From contig URPS01000003.1 in NCBI GenBank assembly GCA_900549855.1, positions 4,658-68,657 on the forward strand: a stretch of DNA of 64,000 nucleotides, written 5' to 3'. A program made the translations under genes and the position numbers. The notes below the pieces were generated by a model. It saw nothing but the letters and a program-made list of their open reading frames with translations. It did no database searches and was not told where the DNA came from. The DNA comes from an uncultured bacterium. GTDB lineage: Bacteria > Cyanobacteriota > Vampirovibrionia > Gastranaerophilales > Gastranaerophilaceae. Positions 42,453 through 53,136 of the stretch are shown one piece after another; the first letter of the stretch is position 1; each line of letters opens with the position of its first letter.

Positions 42453-43475
42453 CTAGTATTCTTCTAATTTTATTTCAGTTGGAATAGATTTTATAATTTC
42501 ATCAATAGAAGTTGTAGCACAACCATATTGTTTAACAACAATACCAGCGGCAATATTACCGATAATAGCAGCATAAACAGGTTCAGCGCCTGCCGCTAGA
42601 GCCAAAGTATACAATGCTGTTACTGTATCACCCGCACCTGTTACATCAAAAACTTCTGCCTTATTAAACACCGGAATATGAGTGTATTTACCATTATTAT
42701 CAACAACAACCATACCATCTGCACCACAAGTTATTAGAGCTGCTTCAGCTCCTGATTGTTCTAATAAAATATTTCCGGCTTTCATAAAATCTTCTTTATT
42801 TTTCAAATAAAAGCCAACATGCTTTTGTGTATCAGGAAGGTTAGGAGTCATTGAAGTAACTCCATAATATCTGTTTAAATCACGTTGAGCATCAACAACA
42901 ACTTTTTTATTATTTTTTTTAGCAGTAGATATAACTGCAGAGATTACATTATCAGAAAGAGTTCCTATATGATAATCAGAAAGTATTACTGCATCATGTT
43001 GTGGAACTAATTTTTCAATTTCATCTATAAGTTTTTTCTCTGTTTCTTTTGAAATTGGAGCATTTGTTTGCCTATCAATTCTCACAATTTGCTGAGTTAT
43101 AGAATGTGAACAAGAACCGGAAATTCTAGTTTTGGTAATAGTTTTTCTTGTTTTATCCGTAATCAAAGATGAACAGTCAATATTCGCTTCACAAAATGCC
43201 TGCTTCAAATCATTTGCTTGATAATCATCACCAATCACACCAATTACACTAACTTTACCACCATTTACATCCGCTACGTTATGGGCTGCGTTAGACGCAC
43301 CACCCAAAATAAATTTTGTGTGAGTGTGTTGAAGGATTAAAACAGGTGCTTCTCTTGAAATTCTTTCCGTATCGCCATAAACCATTTCATCAAGGGCTAA
43401 ATCACCTACAACAAGGATTTTAGCATTCCCTAAATTTTTCACCAAATCCGCTAATTTATTTTTATCTATATTCAT
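42453..43475 (-). CDS. hldE: D-beta-D-heptose 7-phosphate kinase (RfaE domain I, PfkB family), stand-alone.
   Basis: 'ILVVGDLALDEMVYGDTERISREAPV', 'GGASNAAHNVA' and 'DVTGAGDTVTA'. Confidence 0.75.
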   Translation of the reverse strand: MNIDKNKLADLVKNLGNAKILVVGDLALDEMVYGDTERISREAPVLILQHTHTKFILGGASNAAHNVADVNGGKVSVIGVIGDDYQANDLKQAFCEANIDCSSLITDKTRKTITKTRISGSCSHSITQQIVRIDRQTNAPISKETEKKLIDEIEKLVPQHDAVILSDYHIGTLSDNVISAVISTAKKNNKKVVVDAQRDLNRYYGVTSMTPNLPDTQKHVGFYLKNKEDFMKAGNILLEQSGAEAALITCGADGMVVVDNNGKYTHIPVFNKAEVFDVTGAGDTVTALYTLALAAGAEPVYAAIIGNIAAGIVVKQYGCATTSIDEIIKSIPTEIKLEEY

Positions 43476-43492
43476 ATAAATCTCTCTTATGA

Positions 43493-44380
43493 TTGCCTAA
43501 TAACGAAATCTCATATATAATATACTTATATCATACAATAAACATGAAAAGAGAGCGCATGGCTGACAAAAACGTGTATAATGAAAAAGATTCAATGGAT
43601 ATTAATGAATTAGCATCATTAAATGATGATATTTCACCGGATTTAATAGACCAACTTCAAGCAAAATTATCAAATGATGCGATAAGTTTTAGTGAAGAAG
43701 ATAATGCATCAAATACTCCTGCAAATACAAAAGATGATGCAACATTGTTTGAAGAAACTGAAAAAAAAGAAAAGCCAAAAAGTGAAGTTAAAAAAATAGA
43801 AGTCAATCTTGATAAAAAGTTTGATGATAATTTTATTAAAAAATACAAAGCAAAACTTAACAAGCAACAAGAAGCCGTTAATAAAGACGGCAAAAAAGCA
43901 GCAGAAACTCATATTAGCAGCGCAGCTTTTTCTGATAACACAACAGCAGAAGACAATAAAAATATTGAAGAAATATCTAAGGGCAATATTAAAGAACGCA
44001 AGTTTTCTAAAAAGCAAAAAGAATACAATGACAGTTTAGATTTCTTGGACAATAATGTTAAATATTCAAAATATGTAATATATATTGACCCTGAAAATGT
44101 CCCATTCATTGATAGTTTAACTGTAAAAGAACGCAAGAATTTAATAAACAAAATTTTACGTGAACAAGATGATATAGCAATTACAAAACAACGTTTTAAA
44201 ATTGTAAACGCAGTTATAAAACATGTCATTATAGCTATTATAACAGTTGCAATTTCAATTCCAATTATTTATTTCACAATAAACACATCACTAGAAGCGA
44301 CTATTAATAACTACAGACGTTCACAATCCTTATTCCAGACGCTATATAAAGAAAACGGCAAAGTTAGTAATATAAGATAG
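43493..44380 (+). CDS. Hypothetical Lys/Glu/Asp-rich protein with a C-terminal TM segment. The true start is probably the ATG at about 43544 ('MKRERMADKNV').
   Basis: Low-complexity ORF. The many overlapping antisense ORFs are composition artefacts. Confidence 0.4.
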   Translation: MPNNEISYIIYLYHTINMKRERMADKNVYNEKDSMDINELASLNDDISPDLIDQLQAKLSNDAISFSEEDNASNTPANTKDDATLFEETEKKEKPKSEVKKIEVNLDKKFDDNFIKKYKAKLNKQQEAVNKDGKKAAETHISSAAFSDNTTAEDNKNIEEISKGNIKERKFSKKQKEYNDSLDFLDNNVKYSKYVIYIDPENVPFIDSLTVKERKNLINKILREQDDIAITKQRFKIVNAVIKHVIIAIITVAISIPIIYFTINTSLEATINNYRRSQSLFQTLYKENGKVSNIR

Positions 44381-44391
44381 TGCCTCGAACA

Positions 44392-45192
44392 TTATACAGT
44401 TTCTTGTTGCCCTCTCTCACCTACAACTTGATTAGCAATAGTTTGGCCAAGTTTATAACCTAAAATTGACGCACCGGCAAATGCCAAACCCTTCATTAGT
44501 CCTGGAAGGAATTTTAGTGATTTGTTACAAATTTCATGAGTTTTACAGTAATCATTGAACGCTGCTGTTTGTTTTTGAATAAATGGATTTTCATTAAATA
44601 ATCCATCTCTATTGATAACTAACTTATTATCAAGAATTTGATATTTTCCAGCCTCTGCAATTAATTTTTTCTCACCATTTGCAACATTAAACAAACCTTC
44701 TTTAGTTTCTATCATTGTTTTTGGGTTATATTTTGAAGTTTTAGCCAAACCAAGAGCATTTTTTGCTAAAGATTCAGATGCAAACATAACACCTAAAGCC
44801 ACTCCTTCTTTAATTGCTTCATCTTTTTTATTTTCAGAAGTTAATACTTTTACACCACTTGTAGCACAGATTATCGGATTAATATGATCGGCTGTAAAGT
44901 TCAAAACCTTAGCTATACCACCAACCACTTTATCACCTTGAGATAAAGCTCTTATAGATTCTTCTGCACTGGTAATACCCTCTGCCAAAGAATTAGCAGA
45001 ACCTTTTGCGATATTAGAAACACCTTTGACAGCATTTACAATTTGCCCACCTGCAATATCCATATTCATAGCACCAACTAACGGATTACTGGTTACAAGA
45101 GCATCCGCACCACTATTAGCTCTTCTTGTTGAAAAAATAGTACTGGAGATTACTGATGGCATAAATGATGTAATTGCTAAACCTGATGTCAT
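44392..45192 (-). CDS. Hypothetical Gly/Ala-rich protein.
   Basis: ORF only. Confidence 0.35.
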   Translation of the reverse strand: MTSGLAITSFMPSVISSTIFSTRRANSGADALVTSNPLVGAMNMDIAGGQIVNAVKGVSNIAKGSANSLAEGITSAEESIRALSQGDKVVGGIAKVLNFTADHINPIICATSGVKVLTSENKKDEAIKEGVALGVMFASESLAKNALGLAKTSKYNPKTMIETKEGLFNVANGEKKLIAEAGKYQILDNKLVINRDGLFNENPFIQKQTAAFNDYCKTHEICNKSLKFLPGLMKGLAFAGASILGYKLGQTIANQVVGERGQQETV

Positions 45193-45334
45193 GTTAAAAC
45201 CTTTTCCACACTATAATACTTTACACACTATATCTATATAAAGTTTTTAACCTGACAAAAATTTCAATTTAAGGAAAAATCTTTACATTATTTTACAAAG
45301 AAATAAAATGGATGGGTTAAAGAAAGCTTAAGAA

Positions 45335-46678
45335 TTATGCTTCTTCTGTTGGTTCATTTTCTATAACAGGCTCTTTATAAATTTGAAGTTTTGTTATTCT
45401 GGCGCCATCAATTTCCTTTACAGTAAATGTTAAACCGTTAAATGAAACCGTATCACCGACTTCTGCAATTCTACCAAGCAATTTAACAACCAGACCGGCA
45501 ATAGTATCAACGTCATCTTCTTCAAACAAAGATTCTTTTAATCCAAAATACTCAACCACTTCATCAATACGCATCATAGCATTTGCAATATACGTATTTT
45601 CACCGATTTCTTTAATATCAGTTTCCTCTTCCTCGTCAAATTCGTCTTGAACTTCGCCAATAATTTCTTCCAATACATCCTCTAATGTAATCAATCCGGA
45701 AGTTCCACCAAATTCATCAATAACAACCGCAATTTGACAATGTCTTTTTTTAAATTCTATAATCAAATTATCAAGTGTCATTGTTTCAGGAATCAAAATC
45801 AATGGTCTAATTAATTTCTTTATAGAAAATTCGTCTTTTCTCATAGCTAAAGAATACAAGTCTTTAACATGAATAAATCCTAATATTTTATCAATATTTT
45901 CTTCATAAACCGGATATCTTGTATATTGATTCTCCAAAGTTTGTTTTGTTAATTCTTCATAAGAAATATCATTTGGAATACAAATCATATCAGTTCTAGG
46001 AATCATTGCTTGTTTTGCCATCAAATCAGAGAACTTAAACATATTATGAAGCATTTCAGCTTCTGTTTCATTTAATACACCCTCGTTATAACTCGCATCT
46101 ACGAGCATATCAAGTTCTTCTGTAGAATGAACTAAAGATGCGTCTTCTGAATTAGCATGACAAGCTGATAAGATTTTATTTCCTGACACTTCAAGCAGTA
46201 AAACAAACGGCTTAAAAATCGTTATAAAGATATCCATCGGTGTCGCAATTAATAATGACAACGATTCTGGGTGTCTTAAAGATATGCATTTTGGCAACTG
46301 TTCTCCTAAAAGCACATGGAAATATGTTACCAATACAAATGATATTGGAACAGCGATTAAGTGAGCAGGCATAGCATTCATAGTATGCGCAAAGAAACCG
46401 ATAACAGGTTCTATAATCTGAACAATTGTTGATTCTGCAACCCAACCTAATGCGATACTAGCAATCGTAACACCCAATTGAGCAGCAGCAAGCATTCTAT
46501 TTATATCATTAACAAGCTTTAGAGCCTTTTTTGCGTTACCATTACCCTCATTGCTAAGTTGTTCAAGCCTTGTTTTTCGAACTTTTACAAGAGAAAACTC
46601 TGCAGCTACAAAAAAGGCATTAACAAAAAGCAAGAATAAAATTATAAAAATATTAATTAAAAAGTCTGTTATATCCAT
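45335..46678 (-). CDS. HlyC/CorC-family transporter (CNNM/DUF21 TM domain, tandem CBS, CorC_HlyC).
   Basis: Architecture and the 'GLITLEDVLEEIIGE' CorC C-terminal motif. Confidence 0.85.
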   Translation of the reverse strand: MDITDFLINIFIILFLLFVNAFFVAAEFSLVKVRKTRLEQLSNEGNGNAKKALKLVNDINRMLAAAQLGVTIASIALGWVAESTIVQIIEPVIGFFAHTMNAMPAHLIAVPISFVLVTYFHVLLGEQLPKCISLRHPESLSLLIATPMDIFITIFKPFVLLLEVSGNKILSACHANSEDASLVHSTEELDMLVDASYNEGVLNETEAEMLHNMFKFSDLMAKQAMIPRTDMICIPNDISYEELTKQTLENQYTRYPVYEENIDKILGFIHVKDLYSLAMRKDEFSIKKLIRPLILIPETMTLDNLIIEFKKRHCQIAVVIDEFGGTSGLITLEDVLEEIIGEVQDEFDEEEETDIKEIGENTYIANAMMRIDEVVEYFGLKESLFEEDDVDTIAGLVVKLLGRIAEVGDTVSFNGLTFTVKEIDGARITKLQIYKEPVIENEPTEEA

Positions 46679-46769
46679 TTACTCTCATATACCTTAAAGT
46701 TATACATACAATTCTACAATATACCTGAATATTTTGCAATATTGAACTATTTTATATATAATAATCTGT

Positions 46770-47714
46770 ATGAAAACAGGAGCACTTATAGTACCTACAG
46801 GAATTGGAGCATCTATCGGGGGATTTGCAGGTGATGCAAGTATTTGGGCTAGAAAGTTAGCTAAACATTGCCGTCTTATTGTTAATCCAAATGTTGTTAA
46901 CGCTGCCTGCTTTTCCGGTATCACAGACAATATGCTTTACGTAGAAGGTTATTCTTTAGATGAATTTTTTAAGGGTAAATGTAAATTACAGCCATCTTGC
47001 GAAAACAAAGTTGGTGTAATTTTTGATAAAGCAATTAAGCAAGAAGTACTGAATGTACATATTAATACGATAAATGCAGTAAAAACTGTTTATGGAATTG
47101 ACATTTGCGGTTATGAAATAACACAAGAAGATACTGGAGTTGAATTTTTTGTTGATAATTCCGGTGTTTCAATGGGAAATGTAAAAAACCTTGAAACAAT
47201 AAAAGAATCTGCTTGCAAGTTAATACAAAAGGGAGCAGAGGCGATTGCAATAGTTTGCAGATTTCCGGATGAACAAGGAGATGACTATGCAAACGGTATT
47301 GGAGTTGACCCTGTCGGTGGTGTAGAAGCTATTATTTCACATTACATTTCTAAAGAATTAAAAATTCCTTGTGCTCATGCTCCGGCTTTTGATGATATTA
47401 CAATTTCTACAGACATAGTAGATTCAAGATGTTCTGCAGAATATATAACACCGACATTCTTACCTTGTATTTTGATTGGACTAAGTCAAGCACCAAAATT
47501 ATCACAAACAGAAGGTATTGGGATTGATGATACAAATTTCATAGTAGTTCCTTATAACGCTCTTGGAGGAATTCCGGTTCTAGAAATGATTAAACGAAAT
47601 AAAACAGTTTATGCCATAAAAGAAAATAAAAGCGTTTTGGATGTCACACCAGATACGTTGGGAATTAACTGCATAGTTTTAGAATCGTATCAAGAATTGA
47701 TTGAGCAAATTTAA
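46770..47714 (+). CDS. Conserved hypothetical protein (possibly DUF3326-like).
   Basis: 'MKTGALIVPTGIGASIGGFAGDA' N-terminus. No catalytic motif recognised. Confidence 0.4.
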   Translation: MKTGALIVPTGIGASIGGFAGDASIWARKLAKHCRLIVNPNVVNAACFSGITDNMLYVEGYSLDEFFKGKCKLQPSCENKVGVIFDKAIKQEVLNVHINTINAVKTVYGIDICGYEITQEDTGVEFFVDNSGVSMGNVKNLETIKESACKLIQKGAEAIAIVCRFPDEQGDDYANGIGVDPVGGVEAIISHYISKELKIPCAHAPAFDDITISTDIVDSRCSAEYITPTFLPCILIGLSQAPKLSQTEGIGIDDTNFIVVPYNALGGIPVLEMIKRNKTVYAIKENKSVLDVTPDTLGINCIVLESYQELIEQI

Positions 47715-47782
47715 AAATGTTTTTTTAACAGACAAAAAGGCGCATCCAGTAGATGCGCCTTCTATTTATTCATCAATTCAAA

Positions 47783-49075
47783 CTATTTCAAATTAACTTT
47801 GTTATTATCAGCCAAGAACTGAGTCACTTTTTCGTTCAATGCTTGTTGTGAAATTGCATTGAATACTCCAGGAGTTTGAGAAAGTTGTTTAATCATAGTT
47901 TGTGGGTCGATTTGATACATATGGCTGATTTCAGCAATCTTAGCACCAAATTCTTCTTGAGAAACTACAATATTTTCTTCTTTCGCAATTTTATCAATAA
48001 CTAGGGAATTTTTAACTCTCATAGCAGCATCTTCTTTTAAGCTATTCATAATATTATCATAACCTTGAGCTTCTACTGCTTGATCCCAATTAAAACCTTG
48101 CATAGCTAATTTTTCTTTGTATTCTTCTACCAATTGATCAGCTTCTCTATCAATCATAGATTGTTGAATATCAACTTTAGCTTCTGATGTTACTTTTTCA
48201 AAAATAGCTTTTTCTGAATTAGTTCTATCAATATCAGCCTTTTGAGTATCCAAATATTTTTGAATATCAGCTTTTAATTCATCAACAGTCTTAAATGGAC
48301 CAACTTTTTGAGCGAACTCATCAGTTAGTTCAGGAAGAACTTTTGATTTGATTTCATTGATTTTACATTTGAAAGTAGCAGGTTGACCAGCTAATTTCTT
48401 TTCGTGATATTCTTCTGGGAAGTTTACACTGATTTCAAATTCTTCACCTAAAGCTCTATCAACTAATTGTTCTGCAAAACCAGGAATAAAGCTTGAATGA
48501 GCTAAATCCAAAGTGTAGTTTTTAGCATCACCATGTTCAATTTTTTCACCATTAGCGAAACCTTCAAAATCAAATACGATAGTATCAGTAGCAACAGTCT
48601 TTCTATCAGTAACAACAACTGTTGTAGCGTGTTGAGCCAACATACCGTCTAATGATTTTTGGAATGCATCTTCAGGAATTTTGTAAGCATCAACATCAAG
48701 TGTTAAACCTTTGTATTCACCCAAAGTAACTTCTGGTCTTAATTCAATTTTAGCAGTGATTTTTAAATCTTCACCAATTTTGTAATCATAAGATTCAACG
48801 TATGGTTGAGCAACAACATCAAAATCATTTTCTTTGATTACTTCAGAGAAAATTCTAGGAAGAGCACCTTCAAGTGCTTCGTGTTTAATTCTTTCTTCAC
48901 CAATGTTTTGTTCCACAATGTTTCTAGGAGCTTTTCCTTTTCTGAATCCTGGAATATTAACATATTGAGCTAATCTTTTAGCTGCATTGTTATAGTAGTT
49001 TACAGCATCTTTTGCCGGAACTTCAATTTCAACCTTAACCATATTTTCAGGTTGTTTTTCAATAGTTGTTTTCAT
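47783..49075 (-). CDS. tig: Trigger factor.
   Basis: 'NIPGFRKGKAPRNIVEQ' ribosome-binding signature. 430 aa. Confidence 0.9.
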   Translation of the reverse strand: MKTTIEKQPENMVKVEIEVPAKDAVNYYNNAAKRLAQYVNIPGFRKGKAPRNIVEQNIGEERIKHEALEGALPRIFSEVIKENDFDVVAQPYVESYDYKIGEDLKITAKIELRPEVTLGEYKGLTLDVDAYKIPEDAFQKSLDGMLAQHATTVVVTDRKTVATDTIVFDFEGFANGEKIEHGDAKNYTLDLAHSSFIPGFAEQLVDRALGEEFEISVNFPEEYHEKKLAGQPATFKCKINEIKSKVLPELTDEFAQKVGPFKTVDELKADIQKYLDTQKADIDRTNSEKAIFEKVTSEAKVDIQQSMIDREADQLVEEYKEKLAMQGFNWDQAVEAQGYDNIMNSLKEDAAMRVKNSLVIDKIAKEENIVVSQEEFGAKIAEISHMYQIDPQTMIKQLSQTPGVFNAISQQALNEKVTQFLADNNKVNLK

Positions 49076-49164
49076 TTAATTATCCTCTTTTCAATACCCT
49101 TCACTATTCTAAACTACTACAAACAGAGGATATTGTAAACCTTTTAAATACATATATTAACAAT

Positions 49165-49200
49165 AAAAAAGCGGTATAGAAAATCCATACCGCTTTTATT
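49165..49200 (-). terminator. Rho-independent terminator downstream of rpoC2 (hairpin GCGGTAT/ATACCGC followed by TTTTTT on the minus strand); plausibly bidirectional.
   Basis: 'AAAAAAGCGGTATAGAAAATCCATACCGCTTTTATT' at 49165-49200. Confidence 0.55.
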
Positions 49201-49216
49201 ATTTATTATTTTAAAT

Positions 49217-52200
49217 TTATTCGCCTTCTTTTGGTAATTCAGGTGCACCAAACATACCTTCAATTTCTTCCAAAATTGCGGCAGGTTTTCTTGCCTGATT
49301 ACGTTGAGCAGCACGTTTTTGAGCTTCTCTATCACGTTCTTCACTTGCGTAAGTTAAGTGATGGAAACCAGTACCTGCTGGAATCAAACGACCAATGATA
49401 ACGTTTTCTTTCAAGCCTCTCAACAAGTCTTTCTTACCATCAACCGCAGCTTCTGTAAGAATTCTTGTTGTTTCTTGGAATGAAGCAGCTGAAATAAATG
49501 ATTCTGTGTTCAAAGAAGCTTTTGTAATACCTAACAACATGTATTCACAAGTTGCTTCTTGACCATCATGTTCTTTCACAGCTTTGTTTTCATTTTCGAA
49601 AGTTTGAACTTCAACTAATTCACCAGGTAATAAGTTTGTATCACCAGAATCTACAATTCTAACTTTCTTAGTCATTTGACGAACGATGATTTCAATGTGT
49701 TTATCTGCGATTTCTACACCTTGAGAACGATATACACGTTGAACTTCATCTACTAAGTATTGTTGTGCTTCTTCAGGACCGCAAAGTCTGATTACGTCGT
49801 GAGGATTTAAAGGACCACTTGTTAATGGTTGACCTTTTTTAATCTTCTGACCGTTTTGAACAACGATACTTGCATCAATTGCGAATTTAATTTCAGATCT
49901 AGTTCCACCTTCTGATTCTAAGAATAATCTAGGTACATCATCTTCAATTTCAATTCTTGCAACACCATCGGTTTCAGCTAAAATAGCGCAATCTTTTGGT
50001 TTTCTAGCTTCAAGAAGTTCTTCTACTCTTGGAAGACCTTGAACGATATCGCCTGTTTTTTCTCTTTCAAATACCAATGTAGCAAGCATATCACCACGTA
50101 GTACCAAAGAACCTTCTTCAACCTGTAACATAGTACCTGGGCTGATTAAGTAAGGACGACCATTTCTGATTGTTACTGATTTTGAAGTAACATCAACAAT
50201 CTTACCTGAAACAGTTGCCGTTTCACCAGATTCAGCAAGAACACTATCAAGTTTAATAAAGTCACCTTTCTTAACAGATGGTTTAGATTTTGTATCTACT
50301 ACTGTTTCAAAGTTTGAACAGTTCAATAACAATCTTCTTGATTCAGTTGCATCACCCTTGATAGAAGCAACACCATCATTTAATGCCAAAACTTCAGTTT
50401 TTGCAATTGGAGTTTTTGCATCAATGATTTGTCCATTTTCTACAAGAAGTTCAGTTTGCAATGAACTATTCATCTTAGAATTGCCTTCCAATTCACGACG
50501 AACGATTAATGTTTCTAATACAACAATTTTTAATTCGCCGCTTTCATCTAGTTCTACCAAACCTTTTAAGTGTGACAAGTAACCTTGCATTTGAAGAACA
50601 AGACTTGTTCTTGTAAGAGTAGCACCATCAAGGTTTCTAACTCTTGCACCGTCTTTATATTGCAATTGAGTTACAGGAACAATATTAATCAATTCATCAG
50701 TTGTATTAAATTCAATTGATACTTCCTTAGGCTCAATATACATAGGTTGAACAGGTCTTACAAGAATTTGTATTGGTTTATCTTCTAATGATTCTTCTTC
50801 TAAAGATGATGTATCAATATCTTCATCCAAATCATCAATGTCTAAATCATCAAATTCCATTTCCATAATACTAACAATAGAAGTTTCTTTTGCTTTAATT
50901 CCTTTAGCTATTGTTGTACCAGCTTCAACTACAGAGCCTTCTTCAACTTTTAATTCAGAAACATTAGCCAATGTATGAACTTCACCAGGTCTGATTGTTA
51001 CTTCATGAATAACTTCATTAAATTCTTTGAATTCAACAATACCATCGATATGACAGTAAACATCTTTAACAACTTCTGTACCAGCTGTTACGAATGTACC
51101 ATTATCAACCATCTTCAATGAAGAATCTTTATTAATTTGGTGAACTTCTTCCGGTACAAATACAATGTTACCAGGTCTTGTAACGATTTGGTTTTCGTCA
51201 ACTTCAATATCAACATATTTGATTTCACCAGAAGATGATACTGAACATTCATCATCAACTAATTCGGCAATAATCATACCGTTTTCAACTGTTGTATCAA
51301 CAGGAGCTTTAACGATATATTTTTCACCGGATTTTTCAACTGTCCATAATTGTTCTTTCTTAGTTTGTTCAAACTTTGCATTTGCAGGTGATAAAGAAGC
51401 AATTACAATAGTAATTTCTTTACCTTGAACAATCTTGTTAATTTTGTTTTTACCGGATTTAACTGCTTCAACAACCAAATCTTCTGCATATCTTACTTCA
51501 CCACCGTGTTCAGATATCATAAGAGTTTCAGCCAATTTATCACCAGCTTTAACCTTTTGTTCATCAGAAACAAGAACTTTTGAACCACCAGGTAAGTTGT
51601 AAACATCACCACCGATAATCCAAACAATACCATTTTTGTTAGCTGTTCTTGAAATGTTACCTTGTCTGTCTTTCTTTTCATCGGCAACAAAGTCTTCAAA
51701 TAATACCATACCTGACATATCAGAGTTGATATCCTTTGTAGCTTTTTCTGTCAAACGACCTGCATCATTAGCAGTTGGTCTGAATTCTGCCAATTTAAAG
51801 TTCTTTTCAACTTCCATACCGTCTTCAAAGAATACTGTAGCACCGGCAGGAATATGATAAGAAGTAGATTTTTTAGCACCTTTAACTTCAATATCAGCTT
51901 CATAAATAGAAACTCTTACAACATCACCGTGACGAGTTCTAAGTTCTCTTGTTTTTAACTTAGATACAACTGTACCGGCTTCTGAAGCGTGAATTTCTTT
52001 TGTAGCTTCTTTAACGCCAACAGCACCACCTGTGTGGAATGTTCTCATTGTAAGCTGTGTACCAGGTTCACCGATTGACTGAGCAGCAATAATACCGATT
52101 GCTTCACCTACATCAACCAATTTTTGAGTTGTCATAGCCCAACCATAACATTTTTGGCAAACACCATATTCTAAGCTACAAGTTAAACCTGAACGAACTT

Positions 52201-53068
52201 TCAATTCTTGAAGATTCAAATGAGAAATCTTCTTAATATCTTTTCTGTCTAATGTAGTATTCTTAGCTACCAATAAAGTAGTACCATCTTCATCAAAGAT
52301 ATCTTGAGCAACAGTTCTACCCAACAATCTATCAATAAGTGGAACAATTATATTATCACCATCACAAATAGGCTTCATATTAATGTATTTATCTCCGCCG
52401 CAATCTTCTGCACGGATAATAACGTCTTGAGCAACGTCAACCAAACGTCTTGTTAAGTAACCTGAATCGGCTGTTTTTAACGCTGTATCTACAAGACCTT
52501 TTCTTGCACCATATGATGAAATGATGTATTCAGTAACTGACAAACCTTCTTTAAAGTTTGAAGTAATTGGCAAGTCGACGATTTGACCTTGTGCGTCTGC
52601 CATCAAACCTCTCATACCAACCAACTGTGATACCTGTGATAAGTTACCTCTCGCACCAGAGAATGCCATCATATATACCGGATTTAATTTATCGAAATTT
52701 TCAACAACTTGTTCTGTTAATTTTGCTGTTGTTTCAGACCAAGTATCGATAACCTTTGTATATCTTTCAACTTCGGTAATTTCACCTTTTAAATATCTGT
52801 TTGTAGACTTTTCAATTTCTTTTTCAGCTTCTTGTAACAATTCTTTTTTAGAATCCGGAACTGTAAGGTCTGCAATTGAAATAGTTACACCAGAACGTGT
52901 TGCATATTTATAACCCAAATTTTTAAGAGTATCTGCAAGTTCAGCTGTTTTAGCACCGCCAAATTCAAGATAAATTTGAGCTAGCAACTTATTCAAACCC
53001 TTTTTATCCATCTGTTTATTGATGAAACCAAGAGTATGAGTCTTTGCATGTGTATAAGTATTTTCCAT
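49217..53068 (-). CDS. rpoC2: DNA-directed RNA polymerase beta-prime subunit, C-terminal part (RpoC2 of a split rpoC).
   Basis: 1283 aa. Begins after the rpoC1 stop. Contains beta-prime regions G and H and a large lineage-specific insertion. Operon order is rpoB-rpoC1-rpoC2. Confidence 0.95.
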   Translation of the reverse strand: MENTYTHAKTHTLGFINKQMDKKGLNKLLAQIYLEFGGAKTAELADTLKNLGYKYATRSGVTISIADLTVPDSKKELLQEAEKEIEKSTNRYLKGEITEVERYTKVIDTWSETTAKLTEQVVENFDKLNPVYMMAFSGARGNLSQVSQLVGMRGLMADAQGQIVDLPITSNFKEGLSVTEYIISSYGARKGLVDTALKTADSGYLTRRLVDVAQDVIIRAEDCGGDKYINMKPICDGDNIIVPLIDRLLGRTVAQDIFDEDGTTLLVAKNTTLDRKDIKKISHLNLQELKVRSGLTCSLEYGVCQKCYGWAMTTQKLVDVGEAIGIIAAQSIGEPGTQLTMRTFHTGGAVGVKEATKEIHASEAGTVVSKLKTRELRTRHGDVVRVSIYEADIEVKGAKKSTSYHIPAGATVFFEDGMEVEKNFKLAEFRPTANDAGRLTEKATKDINSDMSGMVLFEDFVADEKKDRQGNISRTANKNGIVWIIGGDVYNLPGGSKVLVSDEQKVKAGDKLAETLMISEHGGEVRYAEDLVVEAVKSGKNKINKIVQGKEITIVIASLSPANAKFEQTKKEQLWTVEKSGEKYIVKAPVDTTVENGMIIAELVDDECSVSSSGEIKYVDIEVDENQIVTRPGNIVFVPEEVHQINKDSSLKMVDNGTFVTAGTEVVKDVYCHIDGIVEFKEFNEVIHEVTIRPGEVHTLANVSELKVEEGSVVEAGTTIAKGIKAKETSIVSIMEMEFDDLDIDDLDEDIDTSSLEEESLEDKPIQILVRPVQPMYIEPKEVSIEFNTTDELINIVPVTQLQYKDGARVRNLDGATLTRTSLVLQMQGYLSHLKGLVELDESGELKIVVLETLIVRRELEGNSKMNSSLQTELLVENGQIIDAKTPIAKTEVLALNDGVASIKGDATESRRLLLNCSNFETVVDTKSKPSVKKGDFIKLDSVLAESGETATVSGKIVDVTSKSVTIRNGRPYLISPGTMLQVEEGSLVLRGDMLATLVFEREKTGDIVQGLPRVEELLEARKPKDCAILAETDGVARIEIEDDVPRLFLESEGGTRSEIKFAIDASIVVQNGQKIKKGQPLTSGPLNPHDVIRLCGPEEAQQYLVDEVQRVYRSQGVEIADKHIEIIVRQMTKKVRIVDSGDTNLLPGELVEVQTFENENKAVKEHDGQEATCEYMLLGITKASLNTESFISAASFQETTRILTEAAVDGKKDLLRGLKENVIIGRLIPAGTGFHHLTYASEERDREAQKRAAQRNQARKPAAILEEIEGMFGAPELPKEGE

Positions 53069-53136
53069 CTTTATATTTTCCTCAATTTTTCCTTTTTCTG
53101 TAAGGCTAATGTGCGGGCTTAGAAAGCCCTGCCACC

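Noticed and set aside
43657-44229. Cluster of four overlapping ORFs (76-106 aa) on both strands inside the Lys/Glu-rich gene at 43493-44380.
   Set aside because: Low-complexity AAA/GAA-rich DNA yields long stop-free frames in several phases. The sense ORF with a C-terminal TM segment is the most plausible gene.
50358-52752. Small ORFs antisense within rpoC2.
   Set aside because: Embedded in a 1283-aa conserved CDS.
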